The notes: generated by a model not told the origin, from the sequence alone. A stretch of 64,000 nucleotides of DNA from Acidobacteriota bacterium (GCA_965263035.1 OZ253580.1:4320001-4384000); one strand, 5' to 3'; positions 1 to 10,233 are shown, counted from the first letter of the stretch. A program made the numbers and translations.

Positions 1-29
1 GAAGGAGCCCTGCTCTTGGCCGGAAACGA

Positions 30-887
30 GTGGAGTCGAGCGTGAGGCGTTCAATTCACGCAGTAATCGTTCTGTTGGCCTGGGCCGGAACCGGCGACCT
101 GATGGGGGGGCAGAATCCCGCCCCGGAGCCCTCCGAGAAAGAGATCCTCTCCCGGGCCCTGGAACGAGGCCTGGCCAACAATAAGCACCGAGCGGAGCAA
201 GCCTATTCTTTCCGGCACCTCCGGATCTCGGAGAAGCTGAACAAGCAGGCCCAGCCGACCCGGGTCGAAAAGCGCCTCTACCAGGTCGTGCCCATACGCA
301 ACGTGCGCTATGAGAGGTTGCTGGAGAAGGACGGAGAGCCCCTGAGCAAGAAGGAGCAGAAGGCCGAACGCCGGAAGGAGGCGAAGTTTCGGCGTCGCCT
401 TGAGAGGGACAGGGATGCCCGCAAGTCGAACAGCAACGAAGTCCGATTCAACCGGGAGTTGGTGGACCGGTATCGCTTTCGGGTGGAAGGGACCGGGGAG
501 CTCCACGGCCGCAAGGTTTACCGGCTGAGCTTCGAGCCCAAGAGCGGAAAGCTCCCTGTCAGGCGCAGAATCGACCGTGCCCTGAACAACTCCCGAGGCC
601 GGATCTGGCTGGATCGGGGATCGTACGAGATCGTCCGAGTCGAGTTCGAGCTCATACGGTCGACCCGGATCTGGTGGGGCATACTCGGTTCCATCTCCCA
701 TGTTGACGGCATGATGGATCGCAAGGAAGGCGAAGACGGAATCTGGTTTCCCAGTTACTTTCGGCTCTATCTCAAGGGAAGAATCCTGTTCAAATCCCTG
801 CACAGCCGGCGGGAATCCCACTGGAGCGACTTCAAACGCGTTTCAGAGGCTCAATTGAAACTTCAGACCTTAAGAGCGGTTGAATAG
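30..887 (+). CDS. Exported hypothetical protein (Acidobacteria-type, beta-rich, MucB/LolA-like fold possible)
   Basis: 285-aa ORF with N-terminal hydrophobic signal; 'GRIWLDRGSYEIVRVE' and 'GIWFPS' segments resemble this exported family. Confidence 0.6.
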   Translation: MESSVRRSIHAVIVLLAWAGTGDLMGGQNPAPEPSEKEILSRALERGLANNKHRAEQAYSFRHLRISEKLNKQAQPTRVEKRLYQVVPIRNVRYERLLEKDGEPLSKKEQKAERRKEAKFRRRLERDRDARKSNSNEVRFNRELVDRYRFRVEGTGELHGRKVYRLSFEPKSGKLPVRRRIDRALNNSRGRIWLDRGSYEIVRVEFELIRSTRIWWGILGSISHVDGMMDRKEGEDGIWFPSYFRLYLKGRILFKSLHSRRESHWSDFKRVSEAQLKLQTLRAVE

Positions 888-981
888 AGCCAATGTTGGG
901 GCCTGTGGACAAACAGACCAGTTCCAAGGACCATAAGCGGTGCTCGCGCGCCGGAGAGGCGACCTCGGATCCGAAGTTGAT

Positions 982-2229
982 ATGAGGAATGTTGGTTCCA
1001 TGGAGCGACGAGGCTTCCTCAAACAGTCTCTTTCGGCCGTCGCCTTGGGTGTGGCCGGCAGGTCCACCCGGGGAGAAAGTTCAGGTGGATCTGCGGGAGC
1101 CCTAGACGCGGCCCAGCTGCATCGCGATGCCATCGTCATCGACACCTACGGGAAGCTGTACCTGGAAGACTTCCAAAAAGGGCACGTCGACGCCATCGTG
1201 CACGGAATCGGTGTAGAAGAAATCTTCCGGAGCGATGCCCGGGAAGGAATCATCGATCCTCCCGCGGTGGGCAAGAACATTTGCGACAATCTGTTTGACG
1301 GCCCGGACGTGGTCAAGCGGGTCCTGCAGCGGGTCGACGAGATACTGCAGCAGAGCGTGCGGCAGCACCCGGATTCCGTGGAGCTGGCACTACGGTCCTC
1401 CGACCTGAAGCGAATCGTCCGAGCGGGGAAGATTGCGGTGATCCCCATGCTCAACGCGGGCTGGATCGCCAACGATCTGGCCGTCCTGAGGATGTATCAC
1501 CGCATGGGGATCCGGGTCTTTGCGTTGACCCATATTGCTGCTTTCGACTGGGTTGACTCCAGCGGGGAACTGAACCCGAAGTCTGGTTTGAGCGACTTCG
1601 GCCGGGAGGTGGTGCGGGAGTGCAACGGGATCGGGATGCTGGTGGATGTCTCCCATGCCTCGGACCAGGCTTTCTGGGACACGATCCGTACCAGTTCCAA
1701 ACCTGTCATCGCCACCCATTCCGGTTGCCGTGCCCTGTGCCGGGTGCAACGCAACCTTACGGATGAGATGCTGCGGGCCCTGGCCCGGAACGGCGGTGTG
1801 GTGGGAATCTTCACCGTTCCCTCCTACTTGGATACCAAGGCCCTGAACGACATGCTGAAAACCCGGTTTCTCCCCGACTACACGGACCGGGATATTCGCC
1901 TCGCGAAGCAGTTCTCCGATCCCTGGGAGATTGCCGCCGCCATGAGGAATACGCTGGACTCGCATTCCTACGTCGAGGAAATCGATCTGCCTCCCATCGA
2001 CGCTTTCCTGGACCACATCGACCATGCCGTCCAAGTGGCCGGAATCGATCATGTGGCGGTCTCCTCCGACAACGAGCCCGTCGAGGACCTGGAAGACCGA
2101 TCCAAGTGGCCGAACCTGACCCGGGGTCTGGTGAAACGGGGATACGGCGACCGGGACATCCGAAAGATCCTGGGAGAGAACTTCCTCCGGGTCTGGGACC
2201 AGGCGGCCAAGCCCTCGGATGTAAGTTAA
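982..2229 (+). CDS. Membrane dipeptidase (peptidase M19) homolog with Tat signal
   Basis: RRGFLK Tat motif; LTH, GLSDFG, VDVSH, ATHS, RNLTD and KILGENFLRV motifs; start at ATG 982 or slightly later. Confidence 0.85.
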   Translation: MRNVGSMERRGFLKQSLSAVALGVAGRSTRGESSGGSAGALDAAQLHRDAIVIDTYGKLYLEDFQKGHVDAIVHGIGVEEIFRSDAREGIIDPPAVGKNICDNLFDGPDVVKRVLQRVDEILQQSVRQHPDSVELALRSSDLKRIVRAGKIAVIPMLNAGWIANDLAVLRMYHRMGIRVFALTHIAAFDWVDSSGELNPKSGLSDFGREVVRECNGIGMLVDVSHASDQAFWDTIRTSSKPVIATHSGCRALCRVQRNLTDEMLRALARNGGVVGIFTVPSYLDTKALNDMLKTRFLPDYTDRDIRLAKQFSDPWEIAAAMRNTLDSHSYVEEIDLPPIDAFLDHIDHAVQVAGIDHVAVSSDNEPVEDLEDRSKWPNLTRGLVKRGYGDRDIRKILGENFLRVWDQAAKPSDVS

Positions 2230-2298
2230 TTGGGTCATTAGATCCAGGTCTGTCTCGTCATCCATTTCAACAACAAGAATCATTCACGGAGGAACCCG

Positions 2299-2892
2299 AT
2301 GGTAGAACTGAACTCGAGTTGGAAGAGGAATTTCGATGTCTACGACAGGATCAGCCGGCTGGGAATCGATTTGGGGCAGAAGGAAGACGCACTTCCGCCT
2401 CCAGGTGCGGAGAATCTTGCCCAGGCCACCTTTACCCCCTCGGGCCTGGTATTTCTTTCCGGCACCACCGCCGGCATGGGAGCGGTCACCGACGAGGATG
2501 CCGAGGTCGAGAAGGGGAACGCAGCGGGTCGCGAGGCGGGCATCCAGCACATCCGCGTTCTGCACTGGGGACTCCATCCTCTGGGGACGCTGAACGATGT
2601 CTGGTACTGCGTCAAAGGTTTCGGCATGGTCAATTCGGCCGGCGGTGGGGTCCTGACCCTCTCGCACCTGGTTGTCAACGGATACTCCAAGGTCTTTCAT
2701 GACGTCTTCGGTGGACCGCTGTCTCAGTTTGCAGAAGATGGCAGGGATCAATCTCTTTCAGGTTGGCACGCGCGTAGTGCCGTCGGGGGATTCGATCTGC
2801 CAGCGGGAGTCCGGACCGAGCCCGAGATGATCGTCCAGATCGACCCCGAGCTGGCTTTGAGACTCATCCGGGAGCGTGGCCCTCATGCCTAG
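2299..2892 (+). CDS. RidA/YjgF-like family protein
   Basis: LVFLSG, GMVNS and HARSAVG..LP motifs; GGAGG RBS upstream. Confidence 0.7.
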   Translation: MVELNSSWKRNFDVYDRISRLGIDLGQKEDALPPPGAENLAQATFTPSGLVFLSGTTAGMGAVTDEDAEVEKGNAAGREAGIQHIRVLHWGLHPLGTLNDVWYCVKGFGMVNSAGGGVLTLSHLVVNGYSKVFHDVFGGPLSQFAEDGRDQSLSGWHARSAVGGFDLPAGVRTEPEMIVQIDPELALRLIRERGPHA

Positions 2893-3082
2893 TGTTTGAG
2901 GGAGGGGAAACGGGATCGGGGCCGCAAGTCGAGAGAACCGGATCCGACGTGAAATGTCCTCAGGGTGATGAACCGAATTTGATGGTCAGATCCGGCCCAC
3001 CCGATGCCTGACGTGCCGCCGGACGGAACCGACTTCAAAGGGGTCTTCGGCGATGTTTAGCGCCGTTTGCAGTTGAGCCACG

Positions 3083-3850
3083 TCATCTCCCCGCCTGGGA
3101 ACCGCCGTCGACGGACACGGGCTGACCGGTGAGGTACGAGGCGGCATCGGAGCACATCCAGACCACGACCTCCGCCACCTCTTCCGCCGTTCCCCAACGC
3201 AGTGAAGGGGTGCGGGTTGCGGTGGCGGCCATCTTCACCGGATCCCGCCCCAGCAACCGGTCGGCCATGGGAGTGTCGATAGCGCCGGGACAGACGGCGT
3301 TCACGCGAATCCCCTCCCGGGCGTATTCCATGGCCGCCGCTCGGGTCAGCCCCATGACCCCGTGCTTGCTGGCGTTGTAGGCGCTGACCCCGTTGCCGGT
3401 CCCCGACAGACCGGACCCGGAGGATGTGTTGACGATCACCCCGCCTCCCTGCCGCAACATCTGCTTGATCTCGAACTTCATGCAGTACCAGACGCCCGTC
3501 AGGTTGACGGCCGTCACTCGATCAAACATTTCTTCCGAGTAGTCGTGAAAGGGGGTCGTCTCTCCTTCGATGCCGGCGTTGTTGTGGGCACAGTCCAGAC
3601 GGCCGTGGAGCTTCACCGTGTCGCGGATCAGGGCTTCGACCTGAGCCGCGTCCGCAACATCGGCGGGCAGGGAATCGGCCGAACCGCCGCGGGCCAGGAT
3701 CTGCTCCGTGGTCTCGGCGCTCCATTCCGGGTTCAGGTCCGAGACCACCACCTGGGCCCCCTCCCGGGCGCAGGCCAGGGCCGTGGCCCGGCCGATGCCG
3801 GAGCCGGAGCCGGTGATCAGAATGACCTTGTCTTCAAGACTGCCCGACAT
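3083..3850 (-). CDS. SDR family oxidoreductase
   Basis: TGSGSGIG, NNAG, YNASKH (YxxxK); start MSGSLEDK after AAGGAGG RBS. Confidence 0.92.
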   Translation of the reverse strand: MSGSLEDKVILITGSGSGIGRATALACAREGAQVVVSDLNPEWSAETTEQILARGGSADSLPADVADAAQVEALIRDTVKLHGRLDCAHNNAGIEGETTPFHDYSEEMFDRVTAVNLTGVWYCMKFEIKQMLRQGGGVIVNTSSGSGLSGTGNGVSAYNASKHGVMGLTRAAAMEYAREGIRVNAVCPGAIDTPMADRLLGRDPVKMAATATRTPSLRWGTAEEVAEVVVWMCSDAASYLTGQPVSVDGGSQAGR

Positions 3851-3887
3851 GTCGGAACTCTCCTCCTTGGAAACATGTAGGGGCGCC

Positions 3888-3995
3888 CTGGAGGGGCGAC
3901 TTCCAGTCGCCCATTCCTTTCTTGGCCCACCGTTACTCTGGAGTTCGGCGACTGGAAATCGCCGCTCCTGTTCGGCGGTTGGAAACCGCCGCTCC
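3888..3995. repeat. REP/REPIN-like cluster of GGAG-footed hairpins
   Basis: CTGGAG-GGGCGACttccaGTCGCCC followed by two inverted units TTCGGCGACTGGAAATCGCCGCTCC and TTCGGCGGTTGGAAACCGCCGCTCC; same architecture at 13295-13394. Confidence 0.7.
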
Positions 3996-4005
3996 CACCA
4001 TCCGT

Positions 4006-5988
4006 TCAACTTCCGTCACGCATCTCCTCGTAGATTGCCTTGGCCTCTTCGAAAAGGTCCTTCATTTCCCGGCGCTGCTCCGGGTCGGGGATATTGGCCG
4101 TCTCCTCCAACCAGGTCAGAGCCTCTTCGATCCAGGTGAGGAAGAAGGCGGCGTCTTCGGGTGATCGTGGCTTCCGGTCGTCCACCTGAAGATAGACGGG
4201 GCTGGTGTGGGCCACCAGGGGAATCCCTCCCTGGTAGACCAGTTCGGGGCCGTAGGCCCGGGCCGCAACCCAGGAGCTGTCTTTGACCCGGATCCGGTCT
4301 TTCAGCGTCAGGTCCCGGTCCCCGGACGGGTTCTCCACGTTGGCGACGACCTCGCCACCCTGGACGATCTCCAGCTGGTCGACTGGAATCCTGGATCGGA
4401 CCGATGCCGTTACCTCGATCTCCTCGTCGGCCGAGGCTGAAACGGTCTCCCCCAACCCCCGGCCGCCGGCAGTGAACTGGAGCATGGGACCCGTGGTCAC
4501 GAAGGTCCGTCCGGCGCGGATCCCGTCCAGCCAGGCCTGGTAGGAAAAAGGCCCGGGGACCTGGACGTAGACGCGGGGGATTCCGGCGACTTGAATGTTG
4601 GACATCTTGTCGGTCCCGCCGGCAGCCGCCAGCCGGAAGCCGCAGTTCAGGAAGCGGTACCAGATCTCGGCGGCCGCCGGGCGCGTCCGGCGGGGAGCGA
4701 GCGGGTCCCCCCAGGTCATGAGGTCGATGGAGTCCACCTTTCCCAGGGCGACGTCGATGGCCAGTTCGCCGCGGGCACCGGGGAAGTGGGCCCAGCTCAC
4801 GAATCCGCCCTGGGCGTGCGCCATGTCCGCCTGCCGGGCCATGGGAGGGTAGTCGATGCCGCCCGGGACGCCTTCGTCGGGGCCGCCCCAGGTCAGGGGA
4901 TAGACCAGGTTCTTGAGATTCAGCAGCACGGTGTGTCCCAGGTAGTCGTGCCGGCTCTCCTCGTTTACGTAGATGATGGTCTCCGGTTCGGAGACACGGT
5001 CCGGTCCGCCGGTGAAATGCTCCACGTTGGTGATCAGCTCGTCCCACTTGGTGGCCAGGATGTTGATGACGTTCAGATCCTCCGCCTTGGCCTCCAGCAG
5101 CGCGGCGTGGGGGCTCACGAAATGGACGTGGGTGTCGCCCGAATACCAGCCCTCCCGGCGCAGGTTGGACCAGCGTCTCAACTGGATCTCCAGTTCAGGG
5201 ACCTGCCCCTTCTTGACGGAGAAGCGGATGCTGCGTGGTTCGTACTCGATTCCCTTGAGGATCTCCATCTCGTAGCTTCCCGCAGCCAGGGGCAGAGTGA
5301 AGTCGGGGTGGACGTAGGCGTAGGTTTCGTCAACTACAACCACGTCTCCCCCCACGTCCTCGCGCCAACCGATGGGGACTCGCCTCTGGTGGCCCTGAGG
5401 CGGCCAATAGGTCCCCTCCTGATCCAGAACCCGGATTCGAGCAGCCACGGCCTGACCGCTGTCCCGATCGCGCAAGTGAACCCGGACCAAGTGCAGGGGT
5501 TGCTGTTCGGGGTGGTCCACCGTGAGTTCGGGCGGCAGGTCCGGGCGGCGTTCACTGTCAATGTGGACGATCTTCCAGCCCGAGTCCCTCCGGCGCAGCG
5601 TCAGGGTCAGGGCCGGCTTGGTGACGCCGTGGGATCGGTAGACCAGGATCGGGTGGACCCGGATCGTGTCGCCCACCTCCTGAAAGTGGGCGAAGCGGAG
5701 CCAGACGTGGGTGATCTTGTGCATGCCCCGGTGCAGGTTTTCCAGGTACTGCTCGCGGGTCTCGCCTTGGTCCGTGGTCAACTCCGGGTCCAGGATCGAA
5801 GCGACTGCCTCCATGTCCCGGTTCAGGAAGCCGTTGGCCCAAGTGTGGACGGCCAGGCGGGCCTTCAGCATCTCCGTAGTGGGATGCGCCAGCGCGTTCG
5901 CCCCCAACAGAAAGACGAAAAGAAGCGCCGCCCAATCGATCGACAGGCCGAATGGCGGCGTTCTCACCGCTGTGTCCCTGTTCGACAT
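4006..5988 (-). CDS. CehA/McbA family metallohydrolase with N-terminal SnoaL/NTF2-like domain
   Basis: GWYSGDTHVH, WAH, WYRFLNCGFRLAAAGGTD and GRTFVTTGP motifs; signal peptide. Confidence 0.82.
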   Translation of the reverse strand: MSNRDTAVRTPPFGLSIDWAALLFVFLLGANALAHPTTEMLKARLAVHTWANGFLNRDMEAVASILDPELTTDQGETREQYLENLHRGMHKITHVWLRFAHFQEVGDTIRVHPILVYRSHGVTKPALTLTLRRRDSGWKIVHIDSERRPDLPPELTVDHPEQQPLHLVRVHLRDRDSGQAVAARIRVLDQEGTYWPPQGHQRRVPIGWREDVGGDVVVVDETYAYVHPDFTLPLAAGSYEMEILKGIEYEPRSIRFSVKKGQVPELEIQLRRWSNLRREGWYSGDTHVHFVSPHAALLEAKAEDLNVINILATKWDELITNVEHFTGGPDRVSEPETIIYVNEESRHDYLGHTVLLNLKNLVYPLTWGGPDEGVPGGIDYPPMARQADMAHAQGGFVSWAHFPGARGELAIDVALGKVDSIDLMTWGDPLAPRRTRPAAAEIWYRFLNCGFRLAAAGGTDKMSNIQVAGIPRVYVQVPGPFSYQAWLDGIRAGRTFVTTGPMLQFTAGGRGLGETVSASADEEIEVTASVRSRIPVDQLEIVQGGEVVANVENPSGDRDLTLKDRIRVKDSSWVAARAYGPELVYQGGIPLVAHTSPVYLQVDDRKPRSPEDAAFFLTWIEEALTWLEETANIPDPEQRREMKDLFEEAKAIYEEMRDGS

Positions 5989-6041
5989 GGATTCCTCCTA
6001 TTCTGCCGAGGGGTGGCCGAACTCTTCCGGGGAGGCTGAGC

Positions 6042-7289
6042 TCAGGCCGGAATAGCCACGTCCGGACGTGACCCGCCGGCCCGCCGGTCCACCGCGGCTC
6101 CAAAAGAGCCGATCACCAGACCGGACACGCCCTCGGTGTCCAGAAGCCTGGCGTTTTCCTCCGGGTCGTGCGCCGACCACATGCGCGCCATGTGGAGTCG
6201 GCACCCGTGCCGGGCGCAATTGGGGCCGTAGTCGTCCCGGATCGCACTGTACAGGCGGTCCATGGCCCCTTGGTACGCGGGCGAGCCCTTGACCAGTGGA
6301 ATCGACCAGTAGCGCCGGTCTCCGTGGTCGTCGACACCCTTGATCCCGTAATGGTCCTCGTCGTTGACCCGGTATCCGTAACCCTGGTGCTTGGGCCACA
6401 GGAGGAGCCAGAAAGAGGGGCAGCGCACCGCCACCTGGTCAATGACAAGATCGTCTACCAGCTTCTCCTGGACCCAGGTCCTCCAGTCCAGGTAGAGGTT
6501 GCCCAGTGGGGGACCGATGTAGTTTCCCGTGGGAACTCCGATCCCCAGCTGCATTCCCCGGGCATTGAGCGCCGACCGCAGTTCCCTCAGGAACTGGGTT
6601 ACTCCTTCTCCCCGCAGGCGCCGCCAGGGCTCCAGCTCGAAATTGCGCCGCATAATATCGACGCCGTAGCGCCTCTCGTACTCCTCGACTACGGGCGCGT
6701 TGAATCCGAACTGGTCGCCGTGGACGGCCGGCTTGGACTGGGAGCGGGTGCAGACGAAGACCCCGTCGAAGTCGTAGTTCCCCAGCACCGACAGGATTCG
6801 ACGGATGGTGTAGCGGCGCACGTCCGGATAGGCGTACTCCATGACGCCGTAGTGGGGACGGCCCTCCCGGTCCCGGGCCAGGTACTCGGGGTTGGCCATG
6901 GTGAATTGGCTCTGCCAACCGAAGGTCCCTCCCTGCCAGCGTTCGCTCAGAGGATAGCCCTCATCGAACATGGTGGCGTACATATAGACCTTGTAGCCCA
7001 TCTCCTTGAGCTTGGTGGTGATCAGTTCGTGCTCGTCGTAGCCCTTCCTCTCGTAATCTTCGAAGACCCTTCGGGGCGGAGCGCCCGGGGCGGTGAAGCA
7101 GATTCGGAATTTGCTCCAACTCATCATCTCCCGCCAGTAGATGGTGCCGGCGCCGAACTCGCGCCGCCAGCGCTCGGCACAGCGCAGAATCCTGTTCGGC
7201 CGATCCAGGGCGTCGTCCCCGTCCCAGGCTTCCAGATGGTCGCCCCAACTGACGCTCATGATGTTCCGGTTCGTGGTGCTGTCCGCCAT
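6042..7289 (-). CDS. Glycoside-hydrolase-like TIM-barrel protein (GHL10/DUF187-like), tandem copy 1
   Basis: NPEYLARD, EYAYPDVR, YDFDGVF, FGFNAPVVEEY..RYG, W..LR...VTQFLRELR, LDWRTWV motifs. Confidence 0.7.
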   Translation of the reverse strand: MADSTTNRNIMSVSWGDHLEAWDGDDALDRPNRILRCAERWRREFGAGTIYWREMMSWSKFRICFTAPGAPPRRVFEDYERKGYDEHELITTKLKEMGYKVYMYATMFDEGYPLSERWQGGTFGWQSQFTMANPEYLARDREGRPHYGVMEYAYPDVRRYTIRRILSVLGNYDFDGVFVCTRSQSKPAVHGDQFGFNAPVVEEYERRYGVDIMRRNFELEPWRRLRGEGVTQFLRELRSALNARGMQLGIGVPTGNYIGPPLGNLYLDWRTWVQEKLVDDLVIDQVAVRCPSFWLLLWPKHQGYGYRVNDEDHYGIKGVDDHGDRRYWSIPLVKGSPAYQGAMDRLYSAIRDDYGPNCARHGCRLHMARMWSAHDPEENARLLDTEGVSGLVIGSFGAAVDRRAGGSRPDVAIPA

Positions 7290-7344
7290 GGTCAACTTCG
7301 CAGGCTCCCTTTCCAAACTGACACGTCAAAGGTCCGAACCGGAC

Positions 7345-8592
7345 TCAGGCCGGATTGGCCACGTCGGGGCGGACGCCGCCGGCCCGCCGGTCCACGACGG
7401 CTCCGAACGAGCCGATCGCCAGGCCGGACACGCCCTCGGTGTCGAGAAGCCGGGCCTGTTCCTCCGGGTCGTGCACCGACCACATGCGGGCCACGTGAAG
7501 CCGGCATCCGTGCCGGGCGCAGTGGGGACTGTAGTCGTCCCGGATGGCTCCGTACAGGCGCTTCATTGCCCCTTCGTAAGCAGGCGAACCCTTGACCAGA
7601 GGGATGGACCAGAAGCGCTTTTCGCCGTAGTCGTCTCCTCCTTTGATGCCGTAGTGGTCCTCGTCATTGACCCGATATCCGTAACCCGGATTCTTGGGCC
7701 ACATGAGGTGCCAGAAGGAGGGGCAGCGCACCGCCACCTGGTCGATGACCAGATCGTCCACCAGCTTCTCCTCGACCCAGGTCCTCCAGTCCAGATGGAG
7801 GTTGCCGAGAGGCGGGCCGATGTAGTTGCCGGTGGGGACTCCGATGCCCAACTTCATTCCCCGGGCGTCGAGGGCCGACCGCAGCTCCCTCAGGAACTGG
7901 GTCACTCCCTCCCCCCGCAAGCGGCGCCATGGCTCCAAATCGAAATTCCTCCGCATCATGTCGACGCCGTAGCGCCGTTCGTACTCCTCGATGACGGGTT
8001 CGTTGAATCCGAACTGGTCGCCGTGGACAGCCGGTTTGGACTGGGAGCGGGTACAGACGAAGACCCCGTCGAAGTCATAGTCTCCCAGGGCCGACAGGAT
8101 GCGCCGGATGGTGTAGCGGCGCACGTCCGGGTAGGAGTACTCCATGATGCCGAAATGGGGCCGGTCCTCCTTGTCCCGGGCCAGGTACTCCGGGTTGGCC
8201 ATGGTGAACTGGCTCTGCCAGCCGTAGATGCCTCCCTGCCAACCTTCGCTCAGGGGGAACCCTTCATCGAACATGGTGGCGTACATGTAGACCTTGTAGC
8301 CCATCTCCTTGACCTGGGTGGTGATCAACTCATGCTCGTCGTAGCCCTTCCTCTCGTAGTCGTCGAAGACCTTGCGGGGCGGGGCGCCGGGGGGAGTGAA
8401 GCCGATCCGGAATTTGCTCCAACTCCTCATCTCCCGCCAGTAGATGGCTCCGGCGTCGAACTCGGACTGCCAGCGCTCGGCGCAGCGCAGGATCTTGTCC
8501 GGCTGGTCCATCGCGTCATCCCCGTCCCAGGCTTCCAGATGGTCGCCCCAACTGACGCTCATGATGTTTCGGTTCGGTTTGCTGTCCGCCAT
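7345..8592 (-). CDS. Glycoside-hydrolase-like TIM-barrel protein, tandem copy 2
   Basis: Same length (1248 nt) and colinear paralog of 6042-7289. Confidence 0.7.
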   Translation of the reverse strand: MADSKPNRNIMSVSWGDHLEAWDGDDAMDQPDKILRCAERWQSEFDAGAIYWREMRSWSKFRIGFTPPGAPPRKVFDDYERKGYDEHELITTQVKEMGYKVYMYATMFDEGFPLSEGWQGGIYGWQSQFTMANPEYLARDKEDRPHFGIMEYSYPDVRRYTIRRILSALGDYDFDGVFVCTRSQSKPAVHGDQFGFNEPVIEEYERRYGVDMMRRNFDLEPWRRLRGEGVTQFLRELRSALDARGMKLGIGVPTGNYIGPPLGNLHLDWRTWVEEKLVDDLVIDQVAVRCPSFWHLMWPKNPGYGYRVNDEDHYGIKGGDDYGEKRFWSIPLVKGSPAYEGAMKRLYGAIRDDYSPHCARHGCRLHVARMWSVHDPEEQARLLDTEGVSGLAIGSFGAVVDRRAGGVRPDVANPA

Positions 8593-8742
8593 GGTCAACT
8601 TCGCCTCTCTCTTTTTCGGATGGAATAGGTGAATCGAAGGCGGACCGCCCCCGATGTCCAGGGATCAAGCTGCCGGTGGTTGCCGTCCCCTGGCGAGGAC
8701 CCACGCATCGGCTTCGTCATGTGCCGTCGAGTTCTCTGAAGC

Positions 8743-10059
8743 TCAGATCTTCGGGAGCGTCCAGGGCTCTCGATAGGTCCGGCCCAGCAACCGGTTGGCC
8801 TCCTCGTCATTGGTGAAGGTCTCGGTGGCCGCATCGAACTTGAGCTTGTTGTTCGTGCGCCAGGCGATGTTGCCCAGATGGACGATGCCGGAGGCCACGT
8901 GGCCGATTTCGATGTCGCAGGCGGGTCTGCCGCCGTCTCGGATGCACTTCAGGAAATCTCGCTTGTGCCGGATGTCGTCTTCTTTCATCGAGCCCTTGGC
9001 TTCGTGGAGCAGTTCCGCCTTGGGGCCGTAGGCGCGCCAACTGCGGTTTCCGATGATCACATAGCCGTTTTCCCCGTAGATGACGGCGCCTTCCACCAGG
9101 CCCTCCAGGGGAGGCCGGGACCAGAGGCGCATCTCGTACATGAGGATGCAATTGGGGTAGTCATACATGACCAATTGGGTGTCGGGCCACTCCTGGCAGT
9201 CGTCCAGAACCAGCTTGCCGCCGCTGGCGCTCACCGCGGTGGGCCACTCGGGAAGGGTCTCACCCTGGGCATCGAGGCCGGCCTCCAACCCGCGCCGCGC
9301 GTAGTCGAGCCGGTGGACCCCGTCATTGCCCAGGTCCCCGCAGCCGTAATCGAAGAACCAACGCCAGTTGCTGTGAAATCGGAGTGGATTGAAGGGGCGT
9401 TTGGGAGCCGGTCCCAGCCACATGTCGTAGTCGACGCCGGATGGGGGGGCGCCGTCAGGCGGGAATCCCAGGCTCCGGTTGTGTGCGCTCTCCCAGCCCT
9501 TGGCGAAGCGGACCTTTCCCAGGATGCCGGAACGGATGTAGTCGATGGCCTGTTGGAAGAAACGGCCGTTGCGGGACTGGATGCCCACCTGCACCACCCG
9601 GTCGTACTTGCGGGCCGCCTCCACCATGGCCCGGCCCTCCTTCATGTTGTGGGAGGCGGGCTTTTCCACGTAGACGTGCTTTCCGGCCTGGCAGGCCAGA
9701 ATGGTGGGGATGGCGTGCCAATGGGTGGGCGTCCCCATCACGATAGCGTCGATGGACGGGTCGTCCAGAAGGCGCCGGAAGTCGGTCTCGGCCTTGGGCC
9801 GTTTTCCCTGCAGATCCTCGGTCGTTTTGAGCCGTTCCTCGAAGACGCGGGTGTCCACGTCGCAGACGTGGGTCACCTCCACGTCGTCCAGCTCGGCGAA
9901 TCCGTAGAGCAGGTTTTTGCCCCTGCCGCGGACTCCCATACAGGCGACGCGAAACTTCTCGTTGGGACTCTTGGAATCTTTTCGAAAGGCAGGGACCGCC
10001 AAGGCTGCGCTGGAAAGAGCGGCGGACTTGAGGAACGATCGACGGTTGGCTTGGGCCAT
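8743..10059 (-). CDS. Gfo/Idh/MocA family oxidoreductase, Tat signal
   Basis: NRRSFLK; HVYVEKP; VVQVGIQSR; WLGPAP; NWRWFFDYGCG. Confidence 0.92.
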   Translation of the reverse strand: MAQANRRSFLKSAALSSAALAVPAFRKDSKSPNEKFRVACMGVRGRGKNLLYGFAELDDVEVTHVCDVDTRVFEERLKTTEDLQGKRPKAETDFRRLLDDPSIDAIVMGTPTHWHAIPTILACQAGKHVYVEKPASHNMKEGRAMVEAARKYDRVVQVGIQSRNGRFFQQAIDYIRSGILGKVRFAKGWESAHNRSLGFPPDGAPPSGVDYDMWLGPAPKRPFNPLRFHSNWRWFFDYGCGDLGNDGVHRLDYARRGLEAGLDAQGETLPEWPTAVSASGGKLVLDDCQEWPDTQLVMYDYPNCILMYEMRLWSRPPLEGLVEGAVIYGENGYVIIGNRSWRAYGPKAELLHEAKGSMKEDDIRHKRDFLKCIRDGGRPACDIEIGHVASGIVHLGNIAWRTNNKLKFDAATETFTNDEEANRLLGRTYREPWTLPKI

Positions 10060-10233
10060 TTAAGTCTCCATGGCAGTGGTCCTTACGGACCGTTTTCGGA
10101 TTCAAATTTGCATATTCTCAGGTATGGACCTATCCGGCGTTCCTGTCAAGAATCCATGAAAGTCACGAATTGCCGCGAGGCCCCTTCGACAACCCGCGGG
10201 GACGCCGGATAGAAGCGTCGACCCGCCCCGCAA

